62,315 nt of DNA, filler included, from Chiloscyllium plagiosum (GCF_004010195.1; 4 parts of one record of this genome joined end to end with filler, not necessarily neighbours in it); one strand, 5' to 3'; counted from the whole stretch's first letter, positions 11,450 to 23,720 are shown. The notes: generated from the sequence alone by a model not told the origin. Numbers and translations: made by a program.

Positions 11450-13902
11450 ATATCCAAGGAACTTGCAGGGGTTGGTTGGAGTAGTTTGTTTGCAGGCAAA
11501 GGGACCTCCGGCAAGTGGGAGGCCTTTAAAAGTGAGATAGCGAGAGTACAAGGTCTATATGTTCCTGGGAGGGTGAAGGGCAAGGTTGGCAGGAACAGGG
11601 AATCCCTGGATGACAAGAGAAATTTGGCCAGAAACAAAAGGAGAAATGGCTCAGGTACTGGCAGCTGGGATCAAGGGAATCCCTGGAGGTATACAGGGAA
11701 TACAGGAGATTACTGAAGAAGGAAATCAGGAGGGCAAAAAGGGGGCATGAGATAGCCTTGACTGAGAAGATTTGGGTGAATCCAAAGAGATACTTTAAGT
11801 ATATTAAAGGAAAAAGAATAACCAGAGAGCCAATAGGGCCCCTCAAGGACCAAAGTGGACATGTATGGGTAGAACTGCAGGAGATGGGCAAGGGCCTCAA
11901 TGAATATTTCTTCTCTGTGTTTACCGTGGATAAAGATTTGGGAACTTAATGGTGATATCTTAGGGATAGTCCATATCACAGTGGAGGATGTGTTGGACGT
12001 ATTAGAATGTATGAAAGTGGATAAATCTCCTGGTCCTGACCAGATATATCCAAAAACACAGCAAGAGGCTAAAGAAGAAATTGCAAGGACCCTGGTTGAT
12101 ATTTTTACATAATCATTAGCCATGGGTGAGGTCCTGGAAGATTGGAGGGTAGTAAATCATAGATCATTGAATCCCTATAGTATGGAACCAGGCTATTTGG
12201 CCCAACAAGTCCACACTGACCCTCTGAAGAGTAACCCACTCAGGCCCATTCCCTGTTACTCTACATTTACCCCTGACTAATGCGCCTAACCCACACATCC
12301 CTGAACACTATGGGTAATTTAGCATGGCCAATTCACCTAACCTGCACATGATTGGATTGTGGGAGGAAACCCACAAGACACGGGGAGATATACAAACTCC
12401 ACACAGGCAGTCACCCAAGGCTGGAATCGAACCTGGGTCACTGGCACTGTGAGGCACTGGTGCTAACCACTGAACCACCACGTTGCCCTTCTTGAATGCT
12501 ATGGCATTATTCAAGAAGGGCTGCAAAGAAAAGCCTGAGAACTATAGACCAGTAAGCTTCACATCTGTGGTAGGTAAGTTACTTGAGATGATTTTGAGGG
12601 ATAAGATAGACATGCATTTGGAAAGACAGGGTTTGATTAGGAATAGTCAGCACGGCTTTGTGAGTGAGAGATCATGCCTCACAAATTTGTTAGAGTTCTT
12701 TGATGAAGTGACCAGGACGGTGGATGAGGGCAGGATGGTAGACATAGTCTATATGGATTTCAGTAAGGCCTTTGATAAGGTTCCACATGGTAGGCTGCTC
12801 TGGAAGGTTAGATCGCATGGAATTGGGAGAACTGACAAATTGGATACACAATTGGTTTGATGATGGGAAGCAAAGGGGAATAGTGGAAGGAAGCTGGTCA
12901 GACTGGAGGCCTGTGACTAGTGGAGTGCCTCAGGGGTCGTCGCTGGGCCCATTACTGTTTGTTATCTATATTAATGATTTTGATGAGAATGGACAAGGCA
13001 TGATTAGTAAGTTTGCTGATGATACTAGACTCAGTGGACGGTGAGGAAGGTTATTGGAAATTGCATTAGGACCTTGATCAGCTGGGCAAGTCAGCTGAGA
13101 AATAGCAAATGGAGTTTAATATAGATAAGTGTGAGGTCTTACATATTGAAAAGTCAAATCAAGGTAGGGGTTTCATGGTGAATGGTAGGGCATTAAGGAG
13201 TGCAGTGGAACAGAGGGACCTTGGAGTTCAGGTTCACAGTTCTCTGAAAGTGGAGACACAGGTAGATAGGGCAATGAAGAAGGCTTTTGTTACATTGGCC
13301 TTCATCAGTCAGGGCATTGAGTATAGAAACTGGGAAGTTATGTTGCAGTTATATAGGACGTTGGTGAGGCTGCACTTTGAGTTTTGTGTTCAGTTTTGGT
13401 TACCTTGCTTGAGGAAGGATGTTATTAAACTGGAAAGAGTGCAGAAGAAATTTACAAGGATGTTGCCAGGACTCAAAGGACTGAGTTATAGGGAGAGGTT
13501 GGACATGCTAGGACCTTTTTTCTTTAGAGTGGAGGAGACTGAGGGGGGGCAACTTATTGAGGTGCAGAAGATCATGACAGGAATGGATAGGGTGAATGAA
13601 CTCAGTTTTTTTCCCAGGGTTGGGTAATCGAGGACAAGAGGGCATCAGTTTAAGGTTAGAGGGTGGAAAGAGAACACAGAGCGTGGCATGCATATGGAAT
13701 GAGCTGCCAGTGAAAGTGGTTGAGGCGGGTACATTTACAACATATAAAAGGTATTTGGACAAAAAATAGATCGGAAAAGATTAGAAGGGTATAGCCAAGT
13801 GCAGGGAAATAGGGTTAGTGTGGATAAACATTTTGGTCGGCATGGACCAGTTTGGGCCAAAGGGCCTGTCTCTGTGCTGTAGGACTCTATTACTCTGTGA
13901 CT
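11450..13902 (+). mobile_element. 5'-truncated CR1 LINE ORF2 and 3' UTR (defective)
   Basis: [49 protein letters not shown] motifs. Confidence 0.95.
12158..12490 (-). mobile_element. HE1 SINE inserted in CR1
   Basis: tRNA-like head and V-domain on the minus strand; CR1 ORF2 resumes afterwards. Confidence 0.9.
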
Positions 13903-14109
13903 GTAAGGAGCATAAGCATTGAATAATTCGCGAAAGAATTAGCAGGAAATGTTATTGAAATGAGACAAATTGATAAAGCTTATTGGGACAAATGCAAGAT
14001 TGCCAAATTCCAAGGTGTCACCATGATGAAATAAATAGGGAACTGAGTAACCCAAGCTCCTGAGTAACTCAAGAAAGGGTCAAGGCTTGACCATTTAGGA
14101 GAACTGGTT

Positions 14110-14600
14110 CCTATCTTAAATACACTCAATGACTTGCCCTCCTCAGCCCTCTGCACAATTCCCCACCCTCTGGCTGAAGAAATTAATCCTCATCTCAGTT
14201 CTAAAGGGCTATCTCTTCACTCTGAGGCTGTGCCCTCGGGACCTAGTCTCTCCTATTAGTGGAAACATCTCCTCCACATCCACTCTATCAGGCTTCTCAG
14301 TGTTCTGTAATGCAGATCCCTTTGCATTGTTCTAAACTCCATCATGTACAGATCCGGAGTCCACAACCGCTCCTCATACGACAAGCTCTTCATCACTGGG
14401 GTCATTCTTGTAAACCTCCAATGGACCCCACCCAAGGCCAGCACATCCTTCCTTAGATTCTGGCCTGAATACTGCTCATGACATTTCAAATGCAGTCTGA
14501 GCAAAGCCTGATGCAGCCTCAGCAGTACATCCCTGATCTTGTATTCTAGCCCTCTTAAAGTGAATGCTAACATTGAATTTGCCTTTCTTGAGTTGGCGAA
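14110..14600 (-). mobile_element. CR1 LINE 3' fragment
   Basis: KANSMLAFTLRGLEYK..LSYEERL. Confidence 0.85.
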
Positions 14601-14623
14601 CAATAATTTAATGGTCTGGGTGG

Positions 14624-14624
<1 letters not shown>

Positions 14625-14673
<49 letters not shown>
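14625..14673. repeat. Poly(G) run, 49 nt
   Basis: Direct count. Confidence 0.95.
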
Positions 14674-14674
<1 letters not shown>

Positions 14675-14896
14675 GGTGGTGTTGACTCTATCTCTTCATT
14701 CCAGTACAAAGTACTGGGCTCTTGGTTCATCTGAGGTTGTAGAAAATTGAATGAGCTTTCTCCCAGTTGCTGTCAATAGTTAGAGCAACTTGGAGAGAGC
14801 GAAGAACTCAGGGCCCTCATCTAACTGCTTATCCAACCCACTACCAACATTGTCCTTTGCACTCCTCCAACTCAGACCTGAGAAAGAAAAATAGTT

Positions 14897-15104
14897 GGAA
14901 ATGTGTTGCTGGAAAAGCGCAGCAGGTCAGGCAGCATCTAGGGAACAGGAGAATCGACGTTTCGGGCATTAGCCCTTCTTCAGGTTGCTAATGCCCGAAA
15001 CGTCGATTCTCCTGTTCCCTAGATGCTGCCTGACCTGCTGCGCTTTTTCCAGCAACACATTTCCATCTCTGATCTCCAGCATCTGCAGACCTCACTTTCT
15101 CCTC
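14897..15104 (+). mobile_element. Penelope-like fold-back pLTR insertion with 14-bp TSD
   Basis: Near-perfect inverted arms about 14897-14973 and 14987-15065. TSD aaagaaaaatagtt at 14883-14896 and 15105-15118. Confidence 0.88.
14951..14984 (-). ncRNA. Minimal type I hammerhead ribozyme motif (PLE-associated)
   Basis: CUGAAGA-A-GGGC-UAAU-GCCC-GAAAC-GUC. Confidence 0.75.
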
Positions 15105-15464
15105 AAAGAAAAATAGTTCCAGAGAGCTCCGCCTCTTTACGAAGAAGGGGTGGAAAATATGATCATCGAATCTACATCATTTAGTTTCTGAATGACAGAT
15201 AGAAGGACTCATTACAGTTATGTAGAAAGCACAGAAAGAGGACATCCAACCTATCATGACTGTACCATGTAATGTTTTATTTCATTTTTATATTTCTTTC
15301 ATTCAATTTTTCACAATGAATAGTGACTAGAGATCCTGAAGTCTGTGGTAAGATCTGGCTTGTTGTAACTATCTATAAATCATGAACTCTGGTCTACCTA
15401 TTTAACTCTCTATACATAACTAACTGCCCTGTTTTTGCTCTGTTTATCCAAAGATCCAAAAGCC

Positions 15465-15925
15465 CATAAGATGTCAAAGCAGAAGGACACTGTTCACCCC
15501 ATTCAAGAAGGTCACACTAGATCACATAATCCTGAACTCCACTTTCCTGCCTTCCCCCATAACTCTTAATGCCCTCACTGATTCTAAATCCATCTTCCCC
15601 AGCCTTGAATGTATTTGATGACCCAGCCTAGACAGCCTTCTGTGATAAAGAATTGTAAAGAATTCTCCCCTCTGAGAAAAGAAATTCCTCCTTATCTCTG
15701 TCTTAACTGAATGACTCCTTATTCTGGGATAACGCTCTCTGGTTCTAGAGGGTCCCACACAGGGGGAAACAACCTTTCATTATCTACCCTGTCAAGTCCC
15801 TAAGAATCTTACATGTTTCATTAAGGTTGCCTCCCATTATTCCAAACTCCAATGAGTGCAGTCCCAACCATCTCAACTTCTCCTCATAAGAAAATCACTC
15901 CATCTCTGCAATCAACCTGGTGAAT
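15465..15925 (-). mobile_element. CR1 LINE 3' end
   Basis: SRTRE..PRIRSHSVKTEIRRNFFSQR plus 3' UTR. Confidence 0.85.
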
Positions 15926-16139
15926 ATGTCAGTCCATATATTATTAATTATATGGATTTTTATTTCTATTGATCTCTGTCCCTCTCTTTCTATCTATTGC
16001 TGTCCCTCTCATATTTTTATTCCCTCCAAATGTGACTCTTGTCTCTCTATCTGCCTGTTTCGCTCTCACAATGACAATGAACATCCTTACAGTCGGGTAT
16101 CTGTTTTTAAATACTTTTGGTTGTGGTAAAGGCAAAGAG

Positions 16140-17040
16140 AAACATGCATGCAGGCACGGAGACAAACACACACACACGGATATATACAGCCACGCAGATA
16201 CACACATAATGGCACTCACATGTGTGAACATACAGCCACACACACACAAACATACATACACACAGACAGCCACACACACATTGACCATACTCATAGACAT
16301 AGATGTGCACACAGACACTCACACACACACAGAGGCACTCACATATATGCACACACACATGCACATAGACACCCACACATGCGTGCACATACATACACAT
16401 GTGAGCACATACGTGCACACACACACAGATATATATACAAACACAGATGCGCAAGCATGGACACACACATAGACTGCACATACAGACATACACAGACAGC
16501 CGCACACGCTGGCACACACACATACAGACACAGACAGCCACACACGCCTGCACACACATACAGACACAGACAGCCACACACGCATGCACACACACATACA
16601 TAGACAGCCACACACGCGTGCACACACACACATACACAGACAGCCACACACGCATGCACACACATACAGACACAGGCAGCCACACACGCGTGCACACACA
16701 CAGACACAGACAGCCACACACGCGTGCACACACATACAGACACAGACAGCCACACACGCATGCACACACACACATACATAGACAGCCACACACACGTGCA
16801 CACACATACAGACACAGACAGCCACACACGCGTGCACACGCACATACACAGACAGCCACACACGCGTGCACACACACACATACACACAGTCACACACGTG
16901 CACACACATACAGACACAGACAGCCACACACGTTTGCACACACACACAGACAGCCACACACGTGTGCACACACAGACATACACAGACGCACGCTAACAGG
17001 CGCATATACACAGGCTGACTGCACGCACACATACAGAGAT
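16140..17040. repeat. CA-rich compound micro/minisatellite (about 36-38 bp unit cacacatacagacacagacagccacacacgcgtgca)
   Basis: Direct inspection; explains the CV/HT-rich pseudo-ORFs. Confidence 0.95.
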
Positions 17041-17099
17041 ACAGTCAAAATATAGCAGCTCAGCACCACCTTCTGAAGGGGAGCTAGTGATGGGCAGTA

Positions 17100-17580
17100 C
17101 CCAGCCAGCGCTGCTCAGATTGGGGGAATTAAACGGAAACACAGACTATGCGGAACCCTAGAGCCTGATCATCCTTAAACAGCTCTTTCAATGCTCACTT
17201 CGGGGCTTGTCCTGCAGAGCGGATCCCGGGAAGGAGGACGTTCCCGGGAGAGGGCAGGCCCCACATAAACTGGTCCCTCTCTCTCCCTCTCTCTGCCTGT
17301 GTGACTCGGTACACAGCTGGCACTTGCGGGATTCAGACATCTCCCGGCAGTTGTTGCTCTTTCAAACCAAGTGCTCAATTTCAAATCTCCGCTGATGGCT
17401 CGGAGAGCCGGGGGGCTGAGCGGAGGGCTGCGGGGTGGATGGGATACTTTCCTGGGGGAGTGGGGTTTAAGAAATTCAATGAAAACTCACGATACCTTAC
17501 TCAGCGCCCCCGCCCCCGCCCCCCACATCCACACACACACACACACACACCCACCCAGAGGCAGGTAAAGGTGTGGGCTG
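17100..17580. promoter_or_regulatory. Repeat-free CpG-rich island with tandem GC boxes; candidate promoter or enhancer
   Basis: Many CpGs, cccccgcccccgcccccc at about 17507-17524, ttactcagc (AP-1/ARE-like), gggatactttcc (kB-like), donor-like CAG|gtaaag at 17564/17565. Confidence 0.4.
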
Positions 17581-17589
17581 AGAGCTGGA

Positions 17590-17746
17590 TCCTGGATCAG
17601 TGGTGCTGGAAGAGCACAGCAATTCAGGCAGCATCCGAGGACAGGCAAAATCGACGTTTCGGGCAAAAGCCCTTCATCAGGAATAAAGGCAGAGAGCCTG
17701 AAGCATGGAGAGATAAGCTAGAGGAGGGGGGGGGTGGGGAGAGAGT
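17590..17746 (-). mobile_element. Penelope-like 3' end (pLTR) running into a gap
   Basis: Same sequence family as 56043-56181. Confidence 0.85.
17649..17684 (-). ncRNA. Minimal type I hammerhead ribozyme motif
   Basis: AUUC-CUGAUGA-A-GGGC-UUUU-GCCC-GAAAC-GUC-GAUU. Confidence 0.78.
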
Positions 17747-18190
17747 NNNNNNNNNNNNNNNNNNNNNNNNNNNNNNNNNNNNNNNNNNNNNNNNNNNNNN
17801 NNNNNNNNNNNNNNNNNNNNNNNNNNNNNNNNNNNNNNNNNNNNNNNNNNNNNNNNNNNNNNNNNNNNNNNNNNNNNNNNNNNNNNNNNNNNNNNNNNNN
17901 NNNNNNNNNNNNNNNNNNNNNNNNNNNNNNNNNNNNNNNNNNNNNNNNNNNNNNNNNNNNNNNNNNNNNNNNNNNNNNNNNNNNNNNNNNNNNNNNNNNN
18001 NNNNNNNNNNNNNNNNNNNNNNNNNNNNNNNNNNNNNNNNNNNNNNNNNNNNNNNNNNNNNNNNNNNNNNNNNNNNNNNNNNNNNNNNNNNNNNNNNNNN
18101 NNNNNNNNNNNNNNNNNNNNNNNNNNNNNNNNNNNNNNNNNNNNNNNNNNNNNNNNNNNNNNNNNNNNNNNNNNNNNNNNNNNNNNNNNN

Positions 18191-18575
18191 TGTGTCTGTG
18201 TGTGTGTCTGTGCCTGTGTGTGAAAGAGAGACAAAGAGGGCTTTGACTGTCGTTATATATCATTGCCTGGTGTGTCTGTGTGTATCTGTGCCTGTGTGTG
18301 TGTCTGTGTCTGTGTGTGTGTCTGTGCCTCTGTGTGTGCGTGTGTCTGTGTGTGTCTGTGCCTGTGTGTCTGTGCCTGTGTGCGCGTGTGTCTGTGCCTG
18401 TGTGTGTGCATCTGTCTGTGTCTGTGTGTGTGCGTATGTCTGTGTGCGTGTGCCTGTGCCTGTGTGTGCCTGTGTCTGTGTGTGTGTCTGTGCCTGTGTG
18501 TGTGCGTGTGTCTGTGCCTGTGTGTGAAAGAGAGACAAAGAGGGCTTTGACTGTCGTTATATATCATTGCCTGGT
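18191..18575. repeat. TG-rich microsatellite with a duplicated unique block of about 55 bp
   Basis: gtgtgaaagagagacaaagagggctttgactgtcgttatatatcattgcctggt at about 18218-18271 and 18522-18575. Confidence 0.9.
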
Positions 18576-18584
18576 CCCTTTTCA

Positions 18585-19170
18585 TTTATTGAAGAGATAT
18601 GGGCATTGTTGCCTGGGCCCAGCATTTATTGCCTGTCCCTAGCTGCACTTGAGAAGGTGGGGGTGAGCTGCCTTCTTGAACTGCCGCAATCCATGTGCTG
18701 TGGGTGGGAAATCTAGGAGTTTGACCCAGTGACAGGGATGTAACTGCGTGTCTACTCTTGTGTCTGTATGTTAGTGTCTGTGTCTGTGTGTGAAAGTGTG
18801 TCTGTGTCTGTGTGTCTGTACCTGTATGTTAGTGTTTGTCTCTGTGTGTGAAATGTATTTATTGGAATATTTGTAGATATGGTGCCAGTCAAGCGGGCTG
18901 CTTTGTCCTGGATGGTGTCAAACTTCTTGAGTGCTGTGGGACTGCCCCCATCCAGGTAAGTGGGGAGTATTCCATCACCCTCCTGACTTGTGCTTGTAGA
19001 TGGTGGACAGGCTTTGGGGAATCAGGAGGTGAGTTACTCACCACAGTATTCCTAGGCTCTGACCTGCTCTTGTAGCCACAGTGTTTATGTAGCAAGGCCA
19101 ACTGAGATTCTGTGAATCATGGGGTATTCAGTGACGGTAACAACAATAAATGTCTTGTTGGAAGTAACCA
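18585..19170 (-). mobile_element. Second CR1-clade LINE family 3' end, interrupted by a TG microsatellite
   Basis: AQVRRVMEYSPLTWMGA; tail ccagcatttattgcc..cttgagaaggtgg. Confidence 0.8.
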
Positions 19171-19469
19171 TGGCCTTTATGCCTATCTATCCCTCTGCAT
19201 CCCTGTGTGCAACATCAACTTACACTCATACAGCACTTTTTAAAAGAGTTACAGATCCCAAGATTCACAGGAGCAATTATCAAACCTGAAGGAAATATTT
19301 GGTCAGGCTGCCAAAACAAAAATTAAGGGAAAGATAGATTTCATGAAGCACGGTAAAGGAGGAGAAAGATGTAGAAAAAGAGAGGTTCCAGGGGGAATTC
19401 TGGAGTTCCAGATCCTAGCAGCCACCAGGGATGGAGAAACTGGAATTGGGGATACTCAAGAGATCAGAA

Positions 19470-19685
19470 CCAGAGGCTGCAAAGTTTCAGCAGGCCTGGC
19501 AGCACCTGTGAAGAGAAAGTAAAGTTAACGTTTCGGGTCCCTTGACCCTCCCTCAGAACTCTAAAGAACTCTTTCACAGGACTTGGAATGTTAAACCCTG
19601 GGTTTTTTTTTTCTCTCCACAGATGCTGCCAGACCTGCTGAGTTTCTCCAGCAATTTCTGCTTTTGTTTCTGACTTCCAGCAGGT
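19470..19685. mobile_element. Penelope-like fold-back fragment (second family)
   Basis: Inverted arms cagcaggcctggcagcacctgtg and cacagatgctgccagacctgctg. Confidence 0.75.
19522..19561 (-). ncRNA. Hammerhead motif with 5-bp stem I (one core substitution)
   Basis: GAGUU-CUGAGGG-A-GGGUC-AAGG-GACCC-GAAAC-GUU-AACUU. Confidence 0.65.
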
Positions 19686-19807
19686 ACGTTTCTTTGAAAC
19701 CTTGAAGGTTTGTGGGATTGGTGTAAATTCGAGATCTGACGGGGCAAGGCCATCCAGGATTGGAGCAATGAAAGCGTGAAGTCTCATTTCTCGGTTAATT
19801 CCTAATG

Positions 19808-20002
19808 TCGGAAGTCACATGACGCCAGATTACAGTCCAACAGATTTATTTGAAATCACAAAGTTTGAGGGCGCTGCTCCTTCATCAGGAAGGAATGGTG
19901 TACCGAGAGTTTATAATTTCAAATAAACCTGTTGGATTATAATCTGGTGTCGTGTGATTTCTGACTTTGTCGACCCCAGTCCAACACCGGGACCTCCACA
20001 TC
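19808..20002. mobile_element. Penelope-like fold-back fragment (third family) with decayed hammerhead
   Basis: Inverted arms (agtcacatgacgccagattacagtccaacagatttatttgaaat and atttcaaataaacctgttggattataatctggtgtcgtgtgattt); minus-strand cctgatgaaggagcagcg. Confidence 0.7.
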
Positions 20003-20301
20003 ATGTGCCTGCATACCCCCCTTGTGTTTTGCAGCGTGTAACGTGCGGAATATTCGGTTTGATTTCTGGATCAGTGAAAGATTTGTACTTGCTCAGAGGA
20101 CGATCAGGCGGGTCTCAAGAAGCTGGGTCTGGAGTTGGGTTCTGTGCTATCAGGCCAGGCTCTGGCGAAGCAGAGCGGGATGTTGACGGGGAGCATGGAC
20201 AGCAGCTGCCGCCCTCACCCAACTCAGTCCCACAGACAGAAGTCAAAGCCGATGATAGAGAGGCGGGTCGCGCTGGGGAGAGAATGGGTTAGGTTAGAAA
20301 C

Positions 20302-20422
20302 CGGGCAAAAATGAGGACTGCAGATGCTGGAAACCAGAGTTGAGATCAGAGTGGTGCTGGAAAAGCACAGCATCCGAGGAGCAGGAAAATCGACGTTTAG
20401 GGCAAAAGCCCTTCATGAGGAA
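20302..20422 (-). mobile_element. Penelope-like terminal fragment with TSD
   Basis: TSD taggttagaaac at 20290-20301 and 20423-20434; mutated hammerhead. Confidence 0.8.
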
Positions 20423-21916
20423 TAGGTTAGAAACTGAGGCAAGGTAACAATTACTACCACACATATAAAAAAGTGAACAAATATTATCTGGCAGCATCTG
20501 TAGAGAGAGACAGAGACAGAATTAACGTTCCGGCTCCAGTGACCCTTCTCCTGAATGTCCTCAATACATCAGAAAGCACATCTGAGGTTGCTATGTAAAT
20601 ACAAATCTTATTATATTCTAATAATTAGGAATTCAAGACTTAATCAGATTTGGAGAGATCTATTTTCCATCGCTGTTACATGCTAGTTAACGCGTTTCAC
20701 GGGTCAGTTACAGTTCTCCCGCGGACTCTCTGCCCATTCCCTGACCACACACTCTCCTGATGGTCATTTACACCTTTAGATCTCCTTTAACCCCGTCTCC
20801 TTCTTTCGTTCCCACCTCACTCCAAGCTCCTCTGCACCTGTCTCTTGAGGTACACCAACACAGAGAGAGACAAAATCGTTATTTTTGTTTTAACTCTTGC
20901 GATTCTATCTAAAACCAAAGAAGCAGAACCTCAAATCGACATTGTTATTGTGTTTTCAGTAACAGAACACGGAAGTCGTTACAATTCGTATCTCATTAAC
21001 GAGGCTTTTTGCAACTCAGCGATTAATATTCGTTGCTTAAAATCAAAATACTCACAGCAAACTTCTGGGAAAAAAATGCAGGAAAACGAAAAATAAAGTC
21101 AAATGGTTTTTAATACATGGTATTAAACTCGGTAGATATTTTAAAACGAAGTCTTTGCCTGATCACTTACTTGTGGTTCTAAACTCCGTCCGTTACCCTT
21201 CGCTTTCCACTCACTCCGCTGTCCTGGGATATTTTCGATTATTCGTTATTTGTTTTCATTTTTGTTGTTCGATGCTAAAAGTTGAAATTATTGAGCTGAT
21301 ATTTTTCCCTCCCCGACACACACACACGCTCATGTATATATATATATATCACACAAAACTTCAGCTGCTAAATCCCACCTCCTCGGTGACGTTCTGGGCA
21401 TCTCTCTGTCTTGTCAAATCAATGAATATTCAAGTTTTTTTTAAGAAAAAAAAGTCCCTAATTTTGAATGCAAGGTATTTGGTAAATAGCTTTCAGAGTC
21501 GATCACCCGCGCTGACACACCAGAGAGATTCAGAAAGCTGCTTTTAAATTGTTCCTCAAATTAGAACATTTTGAACTGGGAGAGAAGGATTGGCATTAGG
21601 TAGATTACTGCAGGAGTGCAAGGAAGTGTCAGAGATACTGGTTTGTGTTTCTGTGTGTGCCTTCCTCTCACTCTGTATCGCCCACACCCCCCGGAAGATG
21701 CAGAGTTTATCGTTTATTTTGCAGCTCTTGGCTTTTTAAAAAATATCAATATTTCTAACTGTTCCTTCAAACCAGTTCTCCAAGCAAGTGCAAACTGAAC
21801 GGCCCAAGCACCTCCTGACCCTTGGCTTTTTGCTAGTTTTTAAGATCTAATTTTCACCTCGCTTGCCACCTCAGTGTCCCCCAGGTTGTCCTGCTTTCCC
21901 CTTCATGAATCTATTA

Positions 21917-22170
21917 GGGTAGGTCAGTGGTGAGCACCAGGGTCCCAGGTTCGATTCCAGCCTCGAATGACTGTCTGTGTGGAGTTTACACATTCTCCCC
22001 GTGTCTGCGTGGGTTTCCTCCCATAAACCTCCAAGTATGTAGCGGGTTAGGCTAAATTGCCTACCAATGTTCAGGGGTGTGTGGGTTAGATATGGGAAAT
22101 GTGGGTGGGATGCTTTTCGGAGGGTCAGTGTGGACTCGACGGGCGGAATGGCCCCCTTGTGGGGGTGATG
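21917..22170 (+). mobile_element. HE1 SINE (old)
   Basis: ggttcgattcc B-box and V-domain gtggagtttacacattctccccgtgtctgc. Confidence 0.85.
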
Positions 22171-22857
22171 TTTTTATGAACATTTGTCCGCAATTTTCTT
22201 TCTCCACGGACTCTGTAACACAGTTTTATATATAAAGGTGGAGTGGGGTGGGGAAAATCCGTATTTATTCTCGCTCCCCTCCCAATTTCATACAGATTCC
22301 AGACTCTGCAGACTGGAGTGAATTAGAACAATTCTATCCCCGCTTCAGTAACCTGAGACTGGTCAAAAACAAAAACAGGCTTTGATGCATTTGAGGCGAC
22401 ATACAGAGCTAGTCCTGACTGGGAAGTCATTCTGTAAACACAGCTTTCAGGCATCAGTGAAGGTTTCCCGTCCCTGACCAGTTCCCATCCTATGGGTTTC
22501 TCTGGACACACGGTTGTGGATGGGAAGTTATAGGTTCCTCAGCGCCTGGGATCAGACGGAAATGCGGGCAAGCTGGAAGTCTTAACTTTTTTTTAAAAAA
22601 AAGTACGATTGTGTATACAGAGAGCGTGGATGTGGGAGGTAATGGGAATACACAGCAGGTGATCGAAAACATCTAGAGAAAAGGGAAAGGCAAGATTATC
22701 TCCCGGCCCCTCGATATAATGGGGTTTGTGATTTTGTCTACATCGCTCAGTGCAGGGAACTGAGTTTATATCTAATTGTGCATCTCTGTATAATCCCGCT
22801 TCTTTCTGAAGCAGTACGGCATTAGAGTGCATACTCTCCTAGCGCTGTGCGTAAACG

Positions 22858-23060
22858 TGTGTGTTACTGGCTATAATTATGTATATGGCACTGACAAATG
22901 TCATGTATATGTTACTGACTATAATCTTGTATATGTGACTGGCTATTATTGTGTATGTAACTGCCTATAACCATGTATATGTTACTGGCTGTTATTATGT
23001 ACAAGTTATTGCCTATAATCACGTATATGTTACTGGCTTTTCTTATGATGGTGTATACGG
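22858..23060. repeat. Degenerate minisatellite, about 25-30 bp unit (tgtatatgttactggctata)
   Basis: Direct inspection. Confidence 0.7.
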
Positions 23061-23427
23061 GTGCGTGTGAGTGTATGGGTCTAACTGCACTGGCTTGCTC
23101 TCCCAGCGTGTTTCCGATTTCCCATTTCTTCAGCTGTGTGTTTGCATCTCGCATTGTCCTTTTTTTTATCAAAGTCTGAGATCACAGAGAATTATAATTC
23201 TCATTTCGTTCATCCTCCAGCCATTCTCAATTAGATTTTGACCAAAGTTTTACAGAACAAAAACACAGCTGACTGGACACTTTAAAATAATGTGGTCACG
23301 ATATATTACAATACCGAATAAGAAAAAATCACCTTAAAGAACAGATTTGAGCTTTTAACACACCAGCGGGCGGATGAATAAGTAAAATGGTTTTTCAGAA
23401 GAAACATTTGATGAGGACTGGGAACTA

Positions 23428-23720
23428 ATGATAGAGATGTACTGCAGGGAAACAGATCGTTGGGTCCAACTCGTCCATGCTGACCAGATATCCAAAATTA
23501 ATCTAGTCCCATTTGCCAGCACTTGGCCCATATCCCTCCAAAACCTTCTTATTCCGATACCCATCCAGATGCCTTTTAAATGTTGCAATTGTACCAGCCT
23601 CCACCAGTTCCTCTGGCAGCTCATTCCATACACGTACCACCCTCTGTGTGAAAATGACTCTTAGGTCCCTTTTAAACCTTCCCCCCGTTCACCTTAGACA
23701 GATGTCCCCTAGTTTTTGAA
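23428..23720 (-). mobile_element. CR1 LINE 3' end
   Basis: Reverse complement of the 1-332 family. Confidence 0.9.

Noticed and set aside
14625..14673. 49-nt poly(G) as a functional G-quadruplex
   Set aside because: Homopolymer length is unreliable and could be a sequencing artefact; no supporting context
15944..17055. Long Cys/Val- and His/Thr-rich ORFs
   Set aside because: Translations of CA/TG microsatellites
17301..18527. 408-aa ORF
   Set aside because: Runs through a PLE end, an N gap and a microsatellite
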